A stretch of DNA of 32,000 bases, from the NCBI RefSeq assembly GCF_002946355.1, contig NZ_PKOZ01000009.1, positions 61,190 to 93,189 of the forward strand, written 5' to 3'. This DNA is from Pradoshia eiseniae (GTDB lineage: Bacteria; Bacillota; Bacilli; Bacillales; Pradoshiaceae). A program made the position numbers and the translations under genes. Below, one piece after another: positions 27,223 through 32,000 of the stretch. The first letter of the stretch is position 1. Each line of letters begins with the position of its first letter. A model generated the notes under the pieces. It was not told the origin of the DNA and did no database searches. It saw nothing but the letters and a program-made list of their open reading frames with translations.

Positions 27223-28506
27223 TTATTGATCAGCTTTATCTTCCCAGATTTTTTGTGTTTCTTTCACGAGCTCGTCCCATGTTTGATCACCGGATACATA
27301 TTTTTGAACGCTCGCTCCGAGGTCTTCATTCCAGCCAACCGGATAGCCCATAAAGACCCAGCCGAGTGTATTTCCTTCCTCAGCATATTTGTAGATTTCC
27401 TGGGATAGCGGGTCAGAGATTTTTTCTGTATCATACCCCTCATAGGCAGGGATGAATTTAAACTCTTCCAAGACAGCTGTTTTCCCTTCATCTGATGTGT
27501 AAAGCCAGTCAAGGAATTTCTTCGCTTCTTCTTGTACCTCTTCATCCACCTTGCTGTTTACGGACCAATAGTTTGGTACGCCAACAGGCATTTTTGCTTC
27601 ATCACCATTCGGGATTGGGATGATGCCTATGCCTTTTTCAGCTAGCTCTGGGTCCATTTCATACACTGTGTTATAGACCCAATTCCCTTGCTGGATGAAA
27701 GCAACTTTTTCTAAAGAGAATAGTTCCTCCACCTGCTGAGAATAGTCAAGGCTTGTAGTCGGCTGAACGGAATATTCGTTTTGCAAATCAATCATTTGCT
27801 TGAAGGCATCGCCTTCTTCAAAACTAACAGTTTTTGATTCGCTCGTTTTCAAGATATCCCCATCAAATTCATTTGCGAGGAATACATTGGATAGATGATT
27901 GCCCGTTACCCATTTTTCTTTAACTGGGTAGGCGAATACCGCATCTAACTCCAATTTATCTTTCTGGGAATCTAGTTTTTTGACGGCTTCTTCTAACTTG
28001 TCATAAGTAGTCAAGCTCATAGGGTCAATTCCCGCTTCTTTTAAAATACGTTTATTGTAAATGAATCCATAACCCTCTTGGTTGTATGGAACCCCTAATA
28101 CTTCTCCGTCAACCGTTACTCCGTCAAGTGTGCCCTCCTGAGCAGCTTTGGCGGCCTCTGTGTCACTTAGGTCCGTCAAACGGTCTTTGAACTGTTTCAC
28201 ATCTGTCGGCCCGCCAATATTGAAAATCGCTGGTTCTTCGCCGGAAGAGAATTTAGAAGTAATCGCGGATTTATAATCATTTCCGCCCCCGACAGTCGTG
28301 ATCTTCAAGTCAACATCCGGATTTTCCTTCTCATATTGCTCCGCAACCGCTTCAAACTGCTGCTTGAACTCTACCTTGAATTGAAAAATCTCTACCGTTG
28401 TCTTATCGCCGCCATCCCCACCGCTGGAAGATGAGCATCCAGCTAAGAAAAGGCTCGATAAAAGTAAACCAGATAATGTTCCTTTTACGATTTTGCTTTT
28501 TAACAT
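27223..28506 (-). CDS. Sugar ABC transporter substrate-binding lipoprotein
   Basis: The signal peptide has the lipobox LFLAGC followed by a Ser/Gly linker. It shows the family 1 solute-binding pattern and has an AAGGAGAG RBS. Confidence 0.9.
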   Translation of the reverse strand: MLKSKIVKGTLSGLLLSSLFLAGCSSSSGGDGGDKTTVEIFQFKVEFKQQFEAVAEQYEKENPDVDLKITTVGGGNDYKSAITSKFSSGEEPAIFNIGGPTDVKQFKDRLTDLSDTEAAKAAQEGTLDGVTVDGEVLGVPYNQEGYGFIYNKRILKEAGIDPMSLTTYDKLEEAVKKLDSQKDKLELDAVFAYPVKEKWVTGNHLSNVFLANEFDGDILKTSESKTVSFEEGDAFKQMIDLQNEYSVQPTTSLDYSQQVEELFSLEKVAFIQQGNWVYNTVYEMDPELAEKGIGIIPIPNGDEAKMPVGVPNYWSVNSKVDEEVQEEAKKFLDWLYTSDEGKTAVLEEFKFIPAYEGYDTEKISDPLSQEIYKYAEEGNTLGWVFMGYPVGWNEDLGASVQKYVSGDQTWDELVKETQKIWEDKADQ

Positions 28507-28541
28507 ATGGCCACTCTCCTTAAAAATAGTCCAAAAACTAT

Positions 28542-28555
28542 CGAAAACGTTTGCA
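28542..28555. promoter_or_regulatory. LacI-type operator A (TGCAAACGTTTTCG on the - strand)
   Basis: It has the palindromic core AAACGTTT and lies 36-49 nt upstream of the binding-protein start. It is nearly identical to site C. Confidence 0.5.
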
Positions 28556-28631
28556 TAAAAGTTAAAAACGATTAATATTTGTTCTATTAAACTGCTGTTC
28601 TAGCTGATTCAAAAGATACAGAAATCCATAA

Positions 28632-28645
28632 GGCAAACGCTTCCA
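28632..28645. promoter_or_regulatory. cre-like / operator-like site B (TGGAAGCGTTTGCC on the - strand)
   Basis: It partially matches the CcpA cre consensus TGWAANCGNTNWCA, deviating at three positions. Confidence 0.3.
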
Positions 28646-28736
28646 AAGTTTTATATACATATCTTACCATTAAAAATAAAACCCTACAAATGGTAAGTAT
28701 GTAAAATAATAGGTTTTAATCAAAGCGAACATTCTA

Positions 28737-28750
28737 CGAAAACATTTGCA
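28737..28750. promoter_or_regulatory. LacI-type operator C (TGCAAATGTTTTCG on the - strand)
   Basis: It shares ACGAAAAC[G/A]TTTGCATAA with site A and lies 195 bp upstream of it. Confidence 0.45.
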
Positions 28751-29459
28751 TAAGTTTTTCTTTAAGTGATAAAAGATATTAGATAGACCTAAAAAATCTT
28801 ATAGGAAATAATTACCTATACCCGTTTGTTCTGGCTATTATGTCTTTCATCTTCAGATAAATATCGAAAGACTTAGCAAATCAACTTTAAAGCAAGCATC
28901 CCACCGGAGGTATCAGGCAGATGCACCATTTGGCTATACTGTACTGCCCTCATCATTACATGATCAGCAAACCGCCTCCCAGAACACAAATAACCCCTTA
29001 AATATAATTAAGGGATTTAACAAAAAAGCTTATTGAGTTGGATGAACTTACGAATAGGAGTTAAAAGAATTGAATGACTGATAGGATATCTCTGGGCCGT
29101 AGAGATTACCGGAGGAGAAAAGGCGATTTTAATAAAGAAAGGGGATGATATATTGGTTCTAAACGATTTTGGGTTTGACCTTCCGATTCGTAATTCTCAG
29201 CGAGTGATTAAAACCATTAAAATTCAGTTTTGATACTCATCTTCTATTCTACCTTTTACAAAAGATGTCCGGTAGGATTAAGACGCTAGTAATAGTAAAT
29301 GAGTATAGGTGGCGTTTTTATGCAGGGCAGACCATTGATAAAATTGCCCATTCAATAGATGAACCTGCACCTTCCCAATTTATTCATGACAATAGGATGG
29401 ACCGTTCCGATGTATAGTTAATCGACATCTACAATCGTTTTATAGTCATAGAATGTGCA

Positions 29460-29765
29460 TCATCTAATTGATGCCGGTAAACCTTCAAGGATAACAAGGG
29501 ATTTTCCATTAACTTGATTGGCCAAAAGCTTGGAAGGCTCTGCTATCTTCCCATCTATTAACACGCTGAAATGCTCGCACATGGCACTTTCGCTGGTTCT
29601 TTTTTTGCCAAATAACAAGAGCCTGTCACGCAATAGGTCGACCACGCAATCAGTTGGATCAACTTGTAAGTGATAATGTATTTTGTTGACCGTCAGCGTT
29701 AAAGACAGTTTTCTTTTTTGTTTTATGTTACCCATTTCATTCAAAATCACGTTTGTTATATCCAT
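29460..29765 (-). pseudogene. Relic of a molybdo-hydroxylase [2Fe-2S] small subunit (CoxS/XdhC/PucE-like), cysteine-depleted and truncated
   Basis: It aligns with the N-terminal plant-ferredoxin-like domain (LTVN...VDP...LLDLLRD.L.L.G.KK....C.....VLIDGK......LA....GK...ILEGL). Three of the four Cys ligands are replaced (T, F, S) and the second cluster domain is absent. A strong GGAGGAGG RBS is retained. Confidence 0.55.
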
Positions 29766-30175
29766 TGGGCTAGCCTCCTCCGTTTCGATATTGGCAAGAA
29801 TATTTCGTAAACGTAATCTAGGTACGCTCCTCTTTACATATGATTGTTGTGGCTGCCTAGCCTATGTTACCGGAATGGTAAGAAACTTAAGAAATCTTTC
29901 CGATACTAAAAAAACTGGAAAGTCTTTTTATGTATATGATTGAAAGTTAAATATAACTATTTAGGCTGGCATACTTAATTATTAGCTATATTCCTTGCTT
30001 TTGCACGCAATTTGATAGGTAATCTCACAAAGAAAAATAATCTTAAGGCAGACAATGTTATACATCCTCACCAGATTTCCTTTCCTTTCACAACACAGGA
30101 GCAGTAAAGAGCCGTTTGTGTTGATTCCTCCATACTATTAGCAAACACACAGATAGGTTCCTTGCAGCCTCAATG

Positions 30176-30214
30176 GAAGAGCCCTGCTCATTGTATAAAA
30201 GAGCAGGGTCCTTC
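30176..30214 (-). terminator. Weak candidate terminator after the acyl-CoA dehydrogenase gene
   Basis: There is an 8 bp GC-rich stem (CCCTGCTC / GAGCAGGG), but only a poor pyrimidine tail follows on the - strand. Confidence 0.3.
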
Positions 30215-30233
30215 AACTGTTCAGTGTTATTAT

Positions 30234-31406
30234 CTATACTTGCACAGACCGGGCATTTTTCTCATATTCCTTATGAAGCTGGGCTGCGATAATATTTTTC
30301 TGGATTTCCGATGTTCCTTCATAAATTTTCGTTATCCGTGCGTCCCGGTAATATCTTTCTATCGGGAATTCTTTAATATAGCCAATTCCGCCATGAATTT
30401 GGACAGCCTTATCCGCGATTCGGTTATAAATCTCTGAACCTAAAAGCTTTGCCATGGCCGCCTCCTTGATCACATTCATACCTTGGTCGACCATCCAGGC
30501 AACGCGGTATGTCATCGAGCGCAGGGTTTCGGTATCAAGTGCGATTTCAGCGAGATAATGCTGGATGATTTGCTGTTCAAAGATGGGCTTTCCAAATTGT
30601 TCACGTTCATGGGCATATTTCGTTGATAGCTCAAGCAGCTTTTGACAGGAGCCGAGATTTCGGGCGGAAAGGCCTGCCCGCCCGTTTGCGAGAATTTTTA
30701 AAGCATTGATATAGCCAAGACCTTCCATCCCAAGAACATTTTCAGCCGGAACCTCACAATCCTCAAAGAAAATTTCAGAGGAATGTGAGCCGCGAAGCCC
30801 CATCTTTTCTTCCTTCTTGCCGACGATAAAGCCGGGGAAATCCTTTTCAACGATGAAGGACGTAATCCCTTTTGCTCCCTTATCTCGGTCTGTAACGGCC
30901 ATGACCGTAAAAACATCGGCAATCGGCCCATTCGTGATATAATGCTTCGAGCCGTTTAGGATGTACTTATCCCCTTTTTTGACCGCGGTTGTTTTGAGAG
31001 CAGCAGCGTTTGAACCAGCGCTCGGCTCCGTTAAGGCGAAAGCACCGATGCGATTACCCCGGGCCATGTCTGGCAAATAACGCTTCTTTTGCTCGTCGGT
31101 TCCCATTTCAACGATACCTACCGAACCAATGCCGGTATGGGCGCCGATGACAGTCGTATAGCCGTTAGATGTGCGACCGATTTCCTCATAAAGGGCGCAC
31201 TTTCCGACCATATCAATACCGATTCCGCCGTATTCCTCCGGGATGCTGAGTCCAAACAGCCCCATTTCCTTGCTCATGCTCATAATTTTCTCCGGTATTT
31301 CATCCTCCTCCTCGATTTGCTGGGCGAGCGGGTCTACTGTATGATCAATAAAGTCACGAATGGACCTCTTCATTTCAATCAGTTCTTCACTTAATGAAAA
31401 ATTCAT
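30234..31406 (-). CDS. Acyl-CoA dehydrogenase
   Basis: It shows ACAD family patterns (GAFALTEPSAGSNAA, YITNG, QIHGGIGY, RDARITKIYEGTSEIQ) and has an AAAAGGGGAG RBS. Confidence 0.9.
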   Translation of the reverse strand: MNFSLSEELIEMKRSIRDFIDHTVDPLAQQIEEEDEIPEKIMSMSKEMGLFGLSIPEEYGGIGIDMVGKCALYEEIGRTSNGYTTVIGAHTGIGSVGIVEMGTDEQKKRYLPDMARGNRIGAFALTEPSAGSNAAALKTTAVKKGDKYILNGSKHYITNGPIADVFTVMAVTDRDKGAKGITSFIVEKDFPGFIVGKKEEKMGLRGSHSSEIFFEDCEVPAENVLGMEGLGYINALKILANGRAGLSARNLGSCQKLLELSTKYAHEREQFGKPIFEQQIIQHYLAEIALDTETLRSMTYRVAWMVDQGMNVIKEAAMAKLLGSEIYNRIADKAVQIHGGIGYIKEFPIERYYRDARITKIYEGTSEIQKNIIAAQLHKEYEKNARSVQV

Positions 31407-31544
31407 GTCATCTCCCCTTTTCCTTCGTTTTTATCTTAATTCAACAGGCTTGCGCTTTATCTATCCCCGCTTTTTCATATTCGTTGTATGTAAATCTGTC
31501 TTATCGATTCAGATGAGAAATGGAGATTTTTTTCTATAATCATC

Positions 31545-32000
31545 TTACCGGCTGAGCTTGCCAACGTATTCCTTTGTATGTGCCCCAAGTGCTGGGGGCT
31601 CTGTATCAGGAGTCGCTCCGAAGAATCCTGTCGCTTGATTGGTCACATAACGGTATGAGCCGCTGTCGCTAATGAGGTTCCATTCCTTTAACTCCTCAGT
31701 ATCTATGAGCTCGCTCGTTTCAAGGACAGGGGACATGCAGCAATCCACTTCGCGCGCAAATCTGGACCATTCAGATAATGATTTTGTACGGATAAGCGCA
31801 TGGATTTCCTCGTAAACGGGATTCCCGCTCTCAGCCCGAGAAAATTGTTCCTTCTCCCATTCCTCTTTGCCTACTCCCTTGCAGAAGTTGCACCAAAATT
31901 TCTCTTCAAGTGCGCCAATCGCGATAAAGCGCTGGTCGGATGTTTCATAGAGAGTGTAGCAAACAAAAGCACCGCTTAATCTTTCTACACCATGCTCTTC
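31545..32000 (-). CDS. CaiB/BaiF family (class III) CoA-transferase, C-terminal part; 5' end lies beyond the window
   Basis: The open frame continues to position 32000. My translation reads ...YTLYETSDQRFIAIGALEEKFWCNFCKGVG...EWSRFAREVDCCMSPVLE, which is typical of family III CoA-transferases and alpha-methylacyl-CoA racemases. The 67 aa ORF in the track is only the tail. Confidence 0.75.
   Translation of the reverse strand, partial: EEHGVERLSGAFVCYTLYETSDQRFIAIGALEEKFWCNFCKGVGKEEWEKEQFSRAESGNPVYEEIHALIRTKSLSEWSRFAREVDCCMSPVLETSELIDTEELKEWNLISDSGSYRYVTNQATGFFGATPDTEPPALGAHTKEYVGKLSR

Noticed and set aside
29153-29233. 26 aa ORF (MVLNDFGFDLPIRNSQRVIKTIKIQF) with an AAAGGGG RBS-like sequence 8 nt upstream
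   Set aside because: It is too short to evaluate and sits in a region that looks like decayed coding sequence. It could be a remnant or a real micro-protein, but the sequence alone gives no support.

Overview
The gene content, strong AGGAGG-type ribosome-binding sites and many rho-independent terminators indicate a low-GC Firmicute chromosome, probably Bacillaceae. I found no rRNA, tRNA, CRISPR array, transposase or integrase. Reading left to right on the + strand, 1-9.3 kb holds a DGPF/YCII protein with an ECF42-like sigma factor, then a YtrA-type GntR/ABC/ABC-2 permease/DUF2087 operon. This is followed by a NadR-like NMN adenylyltransferase/kinase, YyaL, and three small membrane proteins. 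From 9.3 to 17.9 kb there is a visibly AT-richer accessory-looking segment. It contains a divergent winged-helix (PadR-like) regulator, two tandem paralogous orphan sensor histidine kinases, and a Gfo/Idh/MocA oxidoreductase. It also carries several small hypothetical genes, a tandem ribbon-helix-helix-like protein with a LexA-box-like palindrome upstream, and a stand-alone ABC/SMC-type ATPase. Four copies of a 25 bp palindromic motif occur only in the intergenic DNA at the two ends of this segment. From 18 to 32 kb, all on the - strand, there are two acyl-CoA synthetases with an FAD dehydrogenase, a tandem DUF2294 protein, and a LacI-regulated CUT1 sugar ABC uptake operon. This region also has an ORF-poor decayed stretch with a cysteine-less relic of a [2Fe-2S] small subunit, an acyl-CoA dehydrogenase and a truncated CaiB/BaiF CoA-transferase. 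I cannot assign a clear known defence or mobile system. The most unusual material is the repeat-bracketed kinase/RHH/ATPase segment.
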